Assembly: GCF_006345805.1 (NCBI RefSeq)
Contig: NC_042999.1
Span: 96,224,001 to 96,288,000 of the forward strand
Direction of reading: 5' to 3'
Source of the DNA: Octopus sinensis
Taxonomy: Eukaryota
Length of the DNA stretch: 64,000 nucleotides
This document shows positions 12,561 to 25,844 of the stretch, piece after piece. The first letter of the stretch is position 1. Each line of letters opens with the position of its first letter. The position numbers and the translations under genes are program-made. Under the pieces are notes generated by a model, which worked only from the letters and a program-made list of their open reading frames with translations, was not told the DNA's origin and did not search any database.

Positions 12561-15500
12561 GCTAGTTTGGTTACCTTATATAATATGATATATATATATA
12601 AAGATTGATTACTCATTTCTCTGAATCTCAGAGAAAACAGTGGCTTATAGCTGTTTATAGTGTACATCAACTTAGATAAGCTAATTTGGATGATAGTGAA
12701 AGTGCAAGCAACCTGATTTTTTGATTTACTATACAGTTTTTAAACAGGGATGTACCATATTACTTACAATATGTATTTTTAGGGAACACATAACTTTTTA
12801 ACTTCACTTTTTTTTTATCCTAGCCACAGAGAGAAAATCATGGTATTTACTTTTCACTGCCAGGCGAAAATCATATACTTTCTAAAGATAAATATACACT
12901 CTAAGTTTACTTTTTATATCTCTTTTTAGATTTCTAGTTTTTTCTATTTTGTTTTCAACCTTTACAAACTGGTAATGTAAAACTAATATTTTCAAAAGTA
13001 GCAATATTTGTTTCTTTATTTAAATGTGTATGATTTAAGTTCAAGATTTTGTAGTTCTATTTACATGAAATTATGTTGTATTATGGTCAAACACATCATA
13101 TAATTTGGACAAGACATTGCATTTCTTCCTATAATAATAGGTGGCCCATTCAGCTAGGGCACCAGCATGTCACTGAAACTGAAAAATTCTGTTTTTCAGA
13201 AGACCCTTGAAAAATTTCTAAACCCTATAACTTTCCTTTTTACTTTCTTTGCCTATTACATTATTTGTAATGCTAAAAGTACAGGAAAGGCACATCCTTG
13301 TTTAATACTGATGGCAAATTGTTATTACATTGATAAGTAAAAGACTGTATGATGTTATATGCAAATATCTATTAGTCAAAGAAAACTCAACGGAGAACTT
13401 AATGTGAAAAACTGTCCAAGTAAATATCAAGTGAAGTTTGTTCATTCCAAAGAATTATTTCAGTGTCAGCTATAACTCTGCAGTATCCCAATTCACATCT
13501 AACATGAAATAGCTTGCAAATTTATTCTTAGCACATTTTACAGTTTATTATTTAGTGTAATTACTCATCTTCCAATCCACTGTAAATGACTTCAGTCTTT
13601 GGTATAGGTAACATGATCTCCATAACCTTTTGTCTTTACGCATTGTTACTATACTTTCTATTTACCTATTGTTATTTGCTTTCACTCATTATCTTTAATA
13701 GAACTTACTGCAAGTTATGTTGACAGATACAAAAGATGTTGAACTGATAGCTTTAAAACTACCAAATATCTAACAAATGTTTCTCTGTACAGTTTTAATT
13801 TACAAGTTTGTGAGTGTCTTGGAGAGTAAGTTTTCCCTAAATTCTAGTATTTCTTAATGGGTGGCTGGTATGTTGATTGATTTCTTGGGATAAGAGAAAT
13901 TTCTGAGGGAGGGTGTAAGAAAGGTGGTAAAATGTATGAACTAGAAATCAAAACATAGCTGTGGACCCAAACTTACTGAGTTCTTAATATCAGACTGCAT
14001 TACTTGTCACATGCTAAATATAAATAATAAATCTACTGACTAGTTTTCTCTATATATTTCTTGTTATAAAATTGGCCATTTAATACTCATTCTTTCACTT
14101 TATTGATATCAGTACTTATTCAGTTCCTTACAGTTTCACTTTTGTGATAGAGATTAGATTAGTATAATAAATCTCAATATTTTCTGCTTGCTGTTTTCAG
14201 AGCAACAGCTTATATTTTAACAATCACATTTTATTCTTTCCCTAAACTACAGAACTTGAAACAGACTCTCCAATAAAAGTTTACTTAATCAACTGGATGA
14301 GATCAAGCATCCATTGTCTTTCATGTCTTTATGAGAATAATGGTTTCATGCAGCTGGGGATTTGTTTTCTTTTCTTTTCATCAATCTTACGGTCAATTTT
14401 GTATTTTATTCATAATCAGCTTGGTTGATTTGTGCTTTGGGATTATATCCCTGTTGTGTTTTAGCTGTATTGCTGGCTATTTTTTCTGTGCATTTGAAAT
14501 TATATTTATAATGTACATATTCCTTAGGGCAAAGCCCTACCCATTGATCTTGAAGCATTATTAGTAGTAATTGTAGCAGTAGCATTAAATAATGTTAGAT
14601 CACTAATATATTAACTGTGAAGCCTAATTAGAATAAGGAGCCAGAAACTTTAAAGGCTGCTTGCTTCTTTTGTTTTTAACTAGTAACATATCTTAGTAAA
14701 ATTACTACTGCTGAGAGTTTAACACAAATATCCTGCTAGGAAACAATATTTGCAATACCAATTTTTACGGCAGCTACTATTATTGTTGTAGTCTTCATCA
14801 TCAAATCGTAATCCAATATCAAGAACTTCTTGAACTGAACTTCTTGTCAGGTCCACATTTTGTATATTGACATAATTTCTGTCATTGAATTCTCAAGGGA
14901 AGACTGTCAAAAACGATAAACAAAAATGTTTCAAATATATTAATGGAACAGTATTGGGAACATGTGCTTCAAAGAAACAAAAAATTACATTTTCTCTCAA
15001 TCAGTGGAGAATTTAGCTTATTTGAATATTGTATTGAAAGTAAGGAATAATGGTTTTACATTAAGCAAAAACGACAGTTGAATTTTGGTTTTAGTGGCAT
15101 ATCTGTAGTTACCAGTTATGTTCACCTTGTATTTGTAAATAAAAAACTTCTTTGTTATAAATGGGTCTAGCTTTGGTAACTATGCATTTTAACAGCTTTG
15201 TTGTCATTCTAAGACTTAGTGCCCTATCAGTTTGTTGCATACGTTACTTCACATTATTTTTGTTTGAAGTCAACTGGCACACAGTTGCAAGTGACATAGG
15301 TTGCTGTTATCTACATAATACAATTATAAAGCAAAAAGTATGTTGGACTTAATGTTTACTGTAAAGCAAAGAAAAAGTTGATTCAAATACTAAGGCATGA
15401 GAAAGTTGTAGTATGCAAATGAACAAGTAGAGAACAAGAATAGAAATCCCATTTTATGAGTACACATATTTCAGAATTGTATAGGGTGACAAATAAATAC

Positions 15501-15721
15501 ATAACATATTATTTTTGGTTTCTTACATCTTTTTAAATTTGTGATCTCAAGATCATTCTCTAGATCCTTATGTTTTCTAAGTAAAGTGACAAAGCCTTAA
15601 AACTCTGGCAATTATCAGTTACATTTCTCACTATTTTTAAATTTTTTTTGTTAATCTTTATTCTGTATGTTGCAATGTCTACTCTTTAGTTTTATATATT
15701 AGCAGGGGCACTTGGTATTTA

Positions 15722-16121
15722 TTTTTACTCTTTTACACATTTCAGTCATTTGACTGTGGACATGCTAGAGCATCACCTTTAGTCAAAGAAATTGACCTCA
15801 GGACTTACTCTTTGTAAGCCTAGATTTTATTCTATCAGTCTCTTTTGCCAAACCGCTAAGTTTTGGGGACATAAACACACCTACATCAGTTTTCAAGCGA
15901 TGGTGGGGGAACAAACACAGACACAAAGACACACACACATAAATATATATACTTATATATATATACACGACGGGCTTCTTTCAGTTCCCATCTACTAAAT
16001 CCACTCACAAGGCTTTGGTTGGCCCAAGGCTATAGTAGAAGATGCCCAAAGTGTCATGCAGTGGGACTGAACCTAGAACTATGTTGTTGAGAAGCAAGCT
16101 TCTTACCACATAGCCATGCCT
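15722..16121 (-). mobile_element. tRNA-derived SINE, family A
   Basis: Reverse complement of 4612-4994 and 51741-52098. Confidence 0.85.
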
Positions 16122-16299
16122 GAGGTTTTTGAAGAAGTGATATAGAATACCTTTTTGTACATTTCTTCTTTCGTGCAAAGACACTAAGTACTGAGGTGGC
16201 AATAGAGACTATGAAATATGTATTTCACTACCAATACTTTGAGCAATACTTTGATGTTGGTAGATCCTACTAATGATGTAATTAATTACACAATGCTTA

Positions 16300-16900
16300 T
16301 ATTCTAGCCAGTACAAAGTGTGGATGTGTGAAAATCCATGCCTCTGCCATTGAATGGAATTTGTATCACCTGCTATCTTTTAAGGGAGCACCTTTCACAA
16401 AAGCTAGTGGAATCTAAAGAGAATGTAAAATGCACTAGAATATTGCATAGTATGAGCATACTGATTTTCATAGATTTTCATAAAGGCCCAGATGGCTCAC
16501 TAGAAGTAGTTATTAGGTATTGATACCACTGAGATGTAATTAAATATAGAAGTGTTGCTTTAAAAGTATAGTAGCCAGGGTAAGAATGGGTTCAAGAAAG
16601 TTCATGGAACTGCTATTGCTACTGGCAACAAAGGTCTTTTCCGAGTGAAGAACAAATTGTATGACGCTTGCATTCAAATTGCAGTGCTGCATAGTAGTGG
16701 GTTGTTGAGAGAAAAAAAAAAAGGAAGAGGAGTATGCAAGAAAGAAGGCTACATTGGTATAGACATGTGATGTATATGGATGAGCACAGCTGTATAAAGA
16801 AGTACCAGTTGCTTAATATGGATGTATCTTGTGGAAGAGTGAGACTCAGGACCATGACTCTCACAGATGATAAAAGACTGGAATGTGGTTCTTGAAAAGA
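16300..16900 (+). mobile_element. Degenerate RTE LINE ORF2 fragment, sense
   Basis: Plus-strand peptides GPDGSLEVV, SIVARVRMGSRKFMELLLLLATK and MQERRLHWYRHVMYMDEHSCIKK with indels; same family as 12060-12560. The 149-aa minus-strand ORF here is the antisense artefact. Confidence 0.8.
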
Positions 16901-19255
16901 CCAGCTCAACTTAATGAAACTAAGTCTGGAACCACTGTGTGTGTATACATATGCAAAACCAAATGCTTCATCCAATTTTCTCTTCAAGACAACCCCATGA
17001 CCCATCTTCTCTTTAACCGCAGCTTTTCCTTGATATTCATCTTTCATCTTTAATACTGTCCTGTACACCCATGTTTTACATTTATCACCATCCCCTGAGA
17101 CACAAAATTATCTCTCTTTCTCCACCACTACTCTCTTACAGCTACCAGCTACACATATCATATCTCTCACCCTCTTTTTTATCCTTCCCCTACCTATTAC
17201 ATCATCAGTGATTTTCTACTGCTCTCCACCCTTGGTCACCTTTTGCCCCTTTTTAGATGCTTAAGGCTGGTTCTCATGAACCAGTATTCACAGCCAGTTA
17301 TGTCATTTCCTATCATACTATAAAAATAAGAGTCTGTAAGAAGTATTTTATACAGCAACTGTTCAGTGAAGCATTCTATGTATTGCTAAAATCTTTCTTT
17401 GGTGATCTGTGAAAGTTAACCCAACACTTTTAGTTTGACATTTGAAAATTTTAGTTATTAAAAGTCAGTTTTGTAATATACTGTAGAATATAACTTTAAA
17501 CTTAACTTAGAATGCAAAAACAATACACCTTTATTCTTTATTGAAGTATTGTTTCCTTTACTCATAATGTAATTATAAAGTGTGGTACTGTGAAATATGA
17601 AAAGTTAATTTTTCTCTTAGAGCTTTTTCTTGCATAATCAAAATAAAACTGGAATTAGAATCTATGAACTCTTCTATTTAAGTAGTATAATTTCATGAGG
17701 AAATAGATATACAAAAACGTGAATATAGAAATCATCCAAAAACAGTAAAAACCAGTCAATTGATCATAGCAAACTGAGTTTAGTTTCAATTAGTAAGTTT
17801 AGTTATATGTGCTTTCAGGTGAATAAAATTTCACTTTATCAGTTCAGTCCTATAGTTTCAAATATATAAATATATTTAGAAATATTCATGAATTAAGAAA
17901 ATGGAAGGAGTAGAGGCATCCGTTCCTATACACCTTTGGCCTCCTTAAGCTGTGTATTTTGACTGAATAATCTACTCATACTGAAGCAGACTAGTTAGTT
18001 TAAGATTTAACCTTGTATATTTTTCATACTTTATTCAATTTTCTTTATAAAACTGTGCTATTTGAATCAGATTGTCTATAACTTCTGACAGTTAGGGAAC
18101 TATATTCTATTTTGATCTAAAACCAAATACATTTGAAAAATGTAACCACTGTGCATACCCTGAAGTAGCTCAAGTAATATTTTTTCCTGCATTAAAAATA
18201 TTGATGTTGTATTTGTAATCAAATTTAAAGAAAACAACTTGGTAACTATAAATATGCATATATTTGGTGTATGTAAATGTTTAAATGTGCATTAAAGTGT
18301 GAAGAGGCAAAATTTCCATTTTTATGAGTATAGGATATACTTTTTAACAAAAACAAGCTTTCCTTTTACACATACAAATATGCAATTATAGTATGTATGG
18401 GAAAAGAATAAATATATTTTATTGGTAACAGTATACAATTGGTTACATATATATAAATGTAACACTTGAAAACTGACATCAGGTATAAATATTTCAGATG
18501 ACTGGGGAATGTTTTTTTTAATCTAGTATTTATTTGAATTAATTTCTTTAAAATACATCTAAAATTACGATGTAATATATCTAGACTATTCTATGGGGGA
18601 AAGTAGACTTAATTTGTTGATATTAATATCATAGCAATTTATTCATACTGTAATTTATTTATCTAAATGAAACAAATATAAATTTCTTATACAATTACAG
18701 TACTTTAAATTTATAAAGGTGTGATTTTGCTTCCCTTCCTCTGAAATATTATTGTTGAGACTGCATGAATCATTGAGTCTACAAGAAAATGCTGAGATAG
18801 TAAAATATATGAGATAAATTATGACTATTCATCACATAATACAAAAATCTAAGCAAAAGACAATCTGATTCAGATAATAAATTTCACTAAGTACTTTTTC
18901 TCTCTCTTTTTATCTTACAGTGAAACTATTCTTCCATACATCAGATCTATTCTAAGCTCATATCAGAAATCTTTATAAAAGTTCATATTAGCTTTATGTA
19001 TTTGCTTTTATAATCCTTTTATTGGCATTATATCAGTTCCTTGTTTTAGATTTTCAACTCTTCAGAGATTTTGTCTACTATTTGCTTGATCAGTCGTTTG
19101 AAGTATTTCACCTCATTATATCACATTTGTGAGAGTCAACTATATTTTGTATTTAGAATGCAGAATGCTCCTAAGATATTTCCCCTCAGGCATACTGTCG
19201 ATATTTATAATTATCTATCTGTCTGTCTGTTTCTATACACCTATGTATAGACACA

Positions 19256-19712
19256 GGCACATGCATGTCTGTGTAGTTAAGAAGTTCACTTTCCAACCTC
19301 ATAGTTTGGGATTTAACCCCTCTCATGACAAGTGTCTTGTACTATAGTCACAAAGTGACCAAATCCCTGTGAGTGTATTTGGTAGATAGAAATTGAAAGA
19401 TGCCATTCATATATATTTATATATGTATGTACATATATATGTATAGTATGTGCGGATGTAAGTGCCTGTGTGTCAATGTGTGTTTGTTTACAATTGCACT
19501 TTTCCAAAAATTGCCAAGCTACAATTGGCCATGTCATTGACATTTCGTCTGCCAGTAAATCATCTGCTGGCTTCTCACCTTCAAAATCAAGTGTAATAAG
19601 AGATCCCTTGCGAGAAAAACAGGTGAAAGTTAGCAACAGGAAGGGTATTTGCCCATAAAGCAATACCAGAATATATATTCGTGCCACCCATGCTGGCATG
19701 GAAAAATGAATT
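19256..19712 (+). mobile_element. SINE with family-A head and RTE-like tail (tail B)
   Basis: Head aligns with 4612 and 51741; after the TA/TG tract it switches to ...gttagcaacaggaagggtat...ccatgctggcatggaaaaatg, the RTE 3' end motif. Confidence 0.65.
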
Positions 19713-21185
19713 TAAAAATTAAGCAAATATTAATCACTCTTAGTTTAGCCAACTGAACAGAGTATGCATTGATAAGTAGGTCTAATAAACCCGAAACATA
19801 TCCATTGCTTTTATCAGTTAACTTTAGAGACCATATTAATTCTCTTCAATATTGATCAAAACTTTTGATCTGCTAATCTTAAAGGAATTTTGCTTACTGA
19901 TTGCTTTGATAATCACTGCTGAGCAAAGTTGTTCAACTTAATCTATTACATGTGTATGATACAACTGTATGTATCAAGTATGCAGGCACCCCTGAGATAA
20001 TTTCCTTCAGTCATTGTTATGACTAACATTCATTCAAACAACATACATTCAAATTTCCTATTACAATCTGATATTAAACAAAATGCTAAACTATGTTACA
20101 TCAACATCATTTAATATCCGTTTTCTATGCTAGAGGCTTGACAGGAGATGACAAACCAGAGCTCTAAGTCTACTCTGGTGTGGATGTTCTTCCTACTGCC
20201 AACTTTCAATTAAGCTCATGGAAACAAAACTGAATTTTCACAATAATACACTAGAATTACTGAGTTTCTGAAAGTATGTGAAAGTTTCAAAAATTTGATA
20301 GTGTAAAAATGTATTTCATTAAAATTTGCATATTATAAGTAAGAAATTTATGAAAATGAGATTAGAGCTTCAAGTAGTGGATAAAATAAACCCATACAGA
20401 AATTTATTTTCTTCATTTAAGATTTGCTTACCCAAACTTCAGCTCTTGTTGTTTATTAAGATAATTAACATTTTAGAAACTAGTTACTTTTTTAACCTGG
20501 GATAGATTATTACAGACATGAATTAACTATCTTCACTAAATCAATTTCTCTTTTTCTCTCACTCTCCATATGTGTGTGTGTTTATATTTTCAATTAAACA
20601 ATGTCTCAAATATGCACAACAGTACAATTCAAGTTTAGTGGTTCCTCTTTATTGTTAAAAATATATTCAAAATTATTGATGGCAGCCAATGCTGTTATAG
20701 TGCATATATTTAAGCTTTGCTACATTGCACCAATAGTAGCAGTTCATGCAGCATCCATGAATCATATTGCAGCAACATATGTATTATTGAGAAACTGTTT
20801 CATTGATATAAATATTTGTGAATCTGTGCAATAAATGCCATGCTAGATATCTGCTACCATAGCTGTTATTTACAAGTAGTATTCATATGCTGCAACTATG
20901 GTCATTTTGCATTTAAGTAATCATTGCAGTAGCTATATCATCGTTTTTATGCAAGCATTGTTCTGTAGTACCCACATTAGATTTGCTATTTTCAAAACAT
21001 GTTAGCAATGTGCAGCTTCTAAGTAAGCATTGCTGTACACCTAATTCCAAAGCTTTATTGTGAACTATCTATATATTAAATCCGATATTATATCTATATG
21101 CTATACATTATCTTCTGTTTTCAGTGGTTAAGCCAGCATCCCAAATTTGAATGCTTATATCTAACTATTTCATATTTTCTTGCAG

Positions 21186-21344
21186 ACAATATTGGTTGGA
21201 GTGGATGAAAAGTCAACAGTTCAAGATCTCCTGGAATTTGTATGCTCAAAACGAGGTCTTAGTACAGCTGATCATTTTGTACGGTTACAAGTATCTCAGG
21301 GCAATTACAGCATCCCACATAGATGTGAACTAATAAAAAAGCTG
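21186..21344 (+). CDS. sif: sif/TIAM exon: Ras-binding domain (TILVGVDEKSTVQDLLEFVCSKRGLSTADHFVRLQVSQGNYSIPHRCELIKKL)
   Basis: Acceptor ttttcttgcag|, donor CTG|gtaagt; 159 nt, phase 0-0; RBD-like 'TVQDLLEFVCSKRGL...HFVRL'. Confidence 0.88.
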
Positions 21345-21366
21345 GTAAGTTCTAAAGATAATGATA

Positions 21367-21560
21367 ATCCTTTCTACTATAGGCACAAGGCATGAGATTT
21401 GGGGGGAGGGGTACCAAAGCTGACATCGATTCTAGTGTTCAACTGATACTTATTTTATCAAACTTGAAAGGATGTAAGGCAAAATTGACCTTGGCAGAAT
21501 TTGAACTCAGCTACTAAGCATTTTGTCCAGTGTTCTAACTATCCTGCCACCTCACCACCT
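21367..21560 (-). mobile_element. tRNA-derived SINE, family B
   Basis: Minus strand gives aggtggtgaggtggcaggatag (A-box-like) and gagttcaaattctgcc (B-box-like); similar copies at 34130-34265 (+) and 44565-44780 (-). Confidence 0.75.
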
Positions 21561-22196
21561 TCTTAATAATAATAATGATAATAATAATAATTCTTCATTG
21601 GCCGCAAGAGCTACAAAAACATTTAAGACAATACAAAGACATTTAATTTTGGCATTTAAGAACAGCAACAGAAGGAAAAAGAATTATGCTTTCTCTTACT
21701 TCTACCAACTGAAGTAGTTAAGATCCTTAGATTACTCATGCCATATTTTTAGCAATAACATCTGTTTATTCTCTTTTCATTTTCCTTTGACTGCAATCAG
21801 ATCATATTCTACTAGAATATGTCGAAGTCAATACATCAGTGGTGGGGAGTCAATCACCCTAACCATGGAATCCATACAAAGCATCTACTTTTTTGATGTT
21901 TTCTAACATATGAAGGTTCCTAATTAGAAACAATTGTGTTCTTGTTAAACTAACATCATGGACATTGTATGATAATTATATAATGAACAGTATATCTGTT
22001 AGGTTATTTAGATATCACATATAAAATGGCTTAGAAGTCAAATTGACTGACTTACACATCAGAATATCCAGGTGTGTATTTTTTTCAGTTACCAATAGCA
22101 AGTTATCTTCATATACACTTTTTCTTTTCTTTCTTTCCTAACAGCAACTGAAAATGATACCCATATTCTATTCTCATCTTTTATTTTGATTCTCAG

Positions 22197-22360
22197 TATG
22201 GCTATTGGTTGTGTGGTAAAGAAGTTTGTTTCACACCCACATGTTTTTGTGTGCAGTCTCAGTGTGGTACCCTAGGCAAATGTTTTCTTTTCTGGCCCTG
22301 AACCAGCCAAATCCTTGTGAGGGAATCTGGTAGAATGAAGCTGGGAGAAGCTCATTATAT
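22197..22360 (+). mobile_element. Degenerate family-A SINE head
   Basis: Aligns with the head of 51741; ends at a TA tract next to the MULE. Confidence 0.6.
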
Positions 22361-22374
22361 ATTTATATATCTAT

Positions 22375-22985
22375 AGTATCCGGACAACTACCCAACTGAC
22401 AAGTGCCTGACAAACAAATGCAATATTTTTCATTAAATTTTGATTTTTTTCTTTTTGGATGAAGGCTGATGTTCTACCAGCATTTGGTTGATGATTGTGT
22501 CATTAAGTACTTGTTCAATCTTCAATACCTGAAGAAAATGCCAGATATTTGGATGACTTGTCATTATATTCACCTGTAAATGGTTATGCCATCCCTTCAA
22601 GGAATTAATTATTTGTGGTAAATCACTACATATGCAGTCATACATGTTCCACATACAAATAGGAAAGAGTGGGTTGCCTCTGTTAAACTGTTGTATTCTA
22701 CTGATATAAGAATCTTCAAAGTAATCAATGATTGGATCTGCTTCATGGCACAAATTTTCTTATAATTGCTCAAATGCTGTTACAACATTGTCTGCTGGCA
22801 CAAAAGCCAAAGCCTTTCAACACTTGGTGGTTCTTTACTTCAGCTAAGTGAGGAAAAATACAGTTTTTGAATACAGGAAGATTCGCCCAAATGACAGATA
22901 AAGGTAATGTGAAAGTGTCTGTTGGGGAGATCTATCGGGCAATTGTCCATCAGGCAATTGCTCACTGGACAGTTGACCTAGAACC
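22375..22985 (-). mobile_element. Internally deleted Mutator-like (MULE) DNA transposon
   Basis: Minus strand KALAFVPADNVVTAFEQL*ENLCHEADPIIDYFEDSYI...LFPICMWNMYD...GWHN...HPNIWHFLQVLKIEQ is the MULE transposase C-terminal signature; degenerate 'ggacaactgccc/gggcaattgtcc' terminal repeats at both ends. Confidence 0.8.
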
Positions 22986-23710
22986 ATATATTACAAAAGA
23001 TTAAGTAAACAAAGAGAGAAATTTTCATTAGGTTTCTATTTATCCCTCCAAGAAAATAACAAATATAGAAGATTATTATTAGTTAATTTTAACAGTAAAT
23101 TTTTTTATAACAACTAATTTGAATACATAAGAGTTGTTGTATTTACATATTTTTTCTTGAAGTTACATGTAGAAGAAGACTTAGATGCTTAATTATATAC
23201 ATTTATATACATACATATATTATTATTGTATGTTGTGATGACCAGCGACTATCTTAAACATCAATGAGTTTCAATTGATATGTGTTTGAGATATAATGAA
23301 GTGAATTTCGATGATTGTGGATTGCACTTACTTGATTGTATCATTCATTAATTTGTTTTTGTTGCTTTTTAATTGTAATTGATGTAAGATTGAATAGATA
23401 ATGCTCACGCACATAACACATACATTTGAATTAATTTTTACAATCCAGCCATCCTTTCACACAGAATTTCATCTCTCTGAACCAAGGACCATGAAGTGAC
23501 TTGTATATAATGGAAATGTGATTATGTATATCAGGAAAAAAATATATATAAGTCAAAACAATTTGTTGGCCTTTTATGGTTTTTTTTATAGATATTTATA
23601 TAATATTTTGTTGTCATATATTATATTCTTAGTATTTAATGTAAAATTGTAATATAAATAAATTATTGGATTGTCAATAGAATATCTTTATATTTAAGTT
23701 ATCTTTATAT

Positions 23711-24505
23711 ATCATCATCATTCTCATTTAAGTCCACTTTCCATGCTGGCATGAGTTGGATGGGTTGACTGGGGGTTGGCAAGCCAGAAGGCTGTACCAG
23801 GCTCCAGTCCAATCTGGCAAAGTTTCTACAGCTGGATGCCCTTCCTAATACCAACCACTCCAAGAGTGTAGTGAGTGCTTTTTACATTCCACTGGCACAA
23901 GTGCCAGTCAGGTGGTACAGGCATCGACCACGCTTGAATGGTACTTTTTACATGCCACCAGCACAGAACCCAGTCAGGTAGCACTGGCAATAACCACGCT
24001 TGAATGGTGCTTATTATGTGCCACCAGCATGGAACCAGTCAACCGGCACTGGTATCGACCATGCTTGAATGTGCCACTGGCATGGGTGCCAATCAGGTGG
24101 TACTGTCATCGGCCATAACAATGATTTCACTTGCCTCAACAGATCTTTGCAAGTGCAGTTTATTGCCCAATGATTGAAAGGTACTCTTAAATGGGCTGGT
24201 TATGGTGCACTGGCATAGGCCATGGTTAAGGACTCACTTGGTTTGGTGGGTCTTCTCAAGCACAGCATATCTCCAAGGGTCTCAGTCATTGCCTCGGTGA
24301 GGCCCAATGTTCAAAGGTTGTGATTCACCACCTCATCCCAGGTCTTCCTGGGTCTACCTCTTCCACAGGTTTCCACTACTGCTAGGGTGTGACACTTTTT
24401 CACACAGCTGTCCTCAACCATACACAACACATGACCATACCAGCACAGTTGCCTCTCTTGCACACCATATCTGATGCTTCTTGAGTGCAACTTTTCTCTC
24501 AGAGT
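23711..24505 (-). mobile_element. 5'-truncated RTE LINE with ~600-bp 3' UTR containing 4 tandem ~64-bp units
   Basis: ORF end STLREKL...VQERQLCWYGHVLCM...CGRGRPRKTWDEVV (24311-24505); (CAT)n tail at 23711. Confidence 0.87.
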
Positions 24506-24506
24506 A

Positions 24507-24561
<55 letters not shown>

Positions 24562-24889
24562 ATATGCATGCCAAATGAGAGCTGGAAGAAACAAGAATTT
24601 TATTAATTACTACAATTGTTTTGACACATCTAGCATTGATTGATCTCTCATGGGTGGGATTCTTGACAACTGGTTCAGGAGCATCTAACAGTGCAGATGT
24701 GTCTCTTTGGGTGACAAATAGATATAACTCATTAAAATAACTGTTCTGCAATGTATCTTCTCATTTCATGTAAAGCACAGCAGCAAATTAAAGGATATAG
24801 CTTCATTTATATAGAAGATCAATAATGAAATATCAGATGCAATAAAGAAACAAACAATACAGCAAAAAAAGTGCATATACACACATAAC

Positions 24890-25350
24890 CTCATTTTAGC
24901 ATCCAGTTTCCAATACTTCCATGGGTCAGAGAGGATTTTTATTAAGGCTGATTTTCTACAGCCATATGCCTTTCCTGTCACCAAACATCACCTATTTTCA
25001 ATTTAGGTGATATTTCCTCATGGCCAGACATAATTTCACAGAATACTGGAAATGGATGGTACGGCTTCTATGACAGTGAGAGTTATTTACAAATGTCATG
25101 CAATATATGTATGCATGTTTGTTTTGATATCACATGATAGTTGCAAGTGAGTGCTACCATCATTCAAACTTTGCCACTCATTTCCAGTCTTCCAAGGAAA
25201 TATAACTAGACAAGGTGAAATGTCACCCTTCTTGGAAACAGCTGAAAGTTGGCAGCAGGAAAAGTATCCAGTCCAAGAAACATTACCACCACAAATTCTG
25301 TATGACCTATGCAAGCACAGAAATGTAAACATTCAAATGATGATGACAAG
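24890..25350. mobile_element. Two head-to-head copies of an RTE-tailed SINE 3' module (tail C)
   Basis: 24890-25105 (-) and 25130-25350 (+) are diverged reverse complements; same module at 44035-44220. Confidence 0.6.
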
Positions 25351-25534
25351 ATATATATCTAAATAAATGATAGAAGATAGTGATAATTGAGGTCTAATGC
25401 ACCATTCATTTCTTATGACCAGTAGGTGCTGCTAAAACATGGCAGTAATAGAGTTGTAGTTTTCATAATCAAGAGTTGATAAACTGACACAAGAATCTAA
25501 ATTGCTTTCTATCTGTGGGTATGAATGCCAATTC

Positions 25535-25765
25535 ATCATTATCATCATCATTTAACGTCCGCTTTCCATGCTAGCATGGGTTGGACGATTTTGACTGAGG
25601 GCTGGCTAACCAGACAGCCGCACCAGGCTCTAATCTTGATCTGGCAGAGTTTCTACAGCTAGATGCCCTTCCTATTGCCAACCACTCCAAGAGTGTAGTG
25701 GGTGATTTTTACGTGCCACCGGCACAGGGCCAGTCAGGCGGTACTGGCAATGACCTCGCTCGAAT
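25535..25765 (-). mobile_element. Short, young RTE 3' end
   Basis: (CAT)n-tttaacgtccgctttccatgctagcatgggttggacg, nearly identical to 27053; one gtgccaccggcac unit. Confidence 0.85.
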
Positions 25766-25844
25766 TCATGTTCTACAAATTTTGAAATCTCATCAATCTG
25801 AAAATCATTTATTTCATTATAGCTATCATTTCCCCCCTCTTCAT

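Noticed and set aside
14253-14430. Acceptor-like site followed by ELETDSPIKVYL..., vaguely like an RBD N-terminus
   Set aside because: No GT donor in a usable position and the frame runs into low-complexity sequence and a stop.
19470-19658. Ser-rich ORF as the missing upstream exon
   Set aside because: Lies in a SINE tail module; no splice sites or Sif similarity.
24506-24751. 146-aa minus-strand ORF as a gene
   Set aside because: Chance read-through of unique sequence and a TA/TG microsatellite into an RTE ORF2 end.
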